Below, in pieces: positions 63,733 through 64,000 of a DNA stretch of 64,000 bases; the stretch's first letter is position 1, and the number at the start of each line of letters is the position of its first letter. The DNA is from a bacterium (GTDB taxonomy: Bacteria > Patescibacteriota > Patescibacteriia > JAGPKW01), in the NCBI GenBank assembly GCA_021780535.1, contig JAJXYN010000009.1, positions 150,538 to 214,537 of the forward strand, in the 5' to 3' direction. A model generated the notes under the pieces. That model saw nothing but the letters and a program-made list of their open reading frames with translations. It did no database searches and was not told where the DNA came from. A program made the position numbers and the translations under genes.

Positions 63733-64000
63733 TTATTTATAAAGTTTTACTTTTACGTTATTTTTATATTTATTATAATCAAACCATTTTCTCATTATTA
63801 TATATTGCATTAGTCCGAAAAATATTATTATACCTATCATTCCTAAGGCCTTTACTGGTTCTAATGGTTTTATGTCAAAAAAATGTGATAATGGAGCATT
63901 ATACATTACAAATAATAAAAATATTATAATTATAAATGCGAATAAATATAATGCTTTTTTTTCTTTTTTATCACTTGAGGCACCATAAGCTTTTGGTGCT
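63733..64000 (-). CDS. Hypothetical membrane protein, 3' part (start beyond window end)
   Basis: Frame open from the window edge to TAA at 63733-63735. Encodes ...ALYLFAFIIIIFLLFVMYNAPLSHFF...GMIGIIIFFGLMQYIIMRKW..., i.e. two TM helices. Not in the ORF track because it has no in-window start. Confidence 0.35.
   Translation of the reverse strand, partial: APKAYGASSDKKEKKALYLFAFIIIIFLLFVMYNAPLSHFFDIKPLEPVKALGMIGIIIFFGLMQYIIMRKWFDYNKYKNNVKVKLYK

Noticed and set aside
63639-63929. Plus-strand 96-aa ORF near the window end
   Set aside because: It overlaps the better-supported minus-strand membrane-protein frame that runs to the window edge, and its composition is a low-complexity antisense artefact.

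Overview
The window is very AT-rich bacterial DNA, roughly 25-30% GC by eye. Genes are short and tightly packed, with many lineage-specific hypothetical proteins. This is compatible with a small-genome Patescibacteria/CPR-like organism, but that is an inference and was not tested. The standard genetic code applies: conserved genes read through intact, and TGA/TAA/TAG all act as stops.

Bases 1-39,500 are core chromosome. They hold rnc (partial), a 23S-5S rRNA pair on the minus strand with no 16S gene next to it, recQ, leuS, a four-subunit 2-oxoacid:ferredoxin oxidoreductase operon plus a ferredoxin, efp, tsaD, tsaE, groES-groEL, truB, zwf and tRNA-Tyr. There are also cell-envelope genes (an O-antigen-ligase-like protein, a flippase, an MFS transporter), an unusual GGDEF-like protein, and a GC-rich structured RNA candidate with its own terminator at about 36.15-36.47 kb.

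From tRNA-Asn (39,501-39,576) to the end of the window lies a mosaic accessory island of about 24 kb. Its modules, in order:
- a Type II restriction-modification system with two Dam-family methyltransferases and a large nuclease;
- a large serine recombinase;
- a phage-like packaging and methylation module (TerL, a TerS-like protein, and two beta-class methyltransferases, one fused to ParB), next to a tyrosine integrase;
- a co-directional candidate defence operon: a small membrane protein, a 1274-aa Mrr-like-nuclease/P-loop NTPase/helical-repeat protein (Avs/STAND-like), a 274-aa unknown, and a TIR-domain protein;
- two families of about 165-bp intergenic direct repeats, plus a truncated second copy of the serine recombinase gene, which together suggest modular recombinase-borne cargo cassettes.

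Smaller observations include a MITE-like element built from GC-rich hairpin repeats (one related hairpin sits in-frame inside leuS), a GC-elevated pair of overlapping Cys-rich microgenes, and an HExxH metalloprotease ORF disrupted at its start. No CRISPR array was seen.
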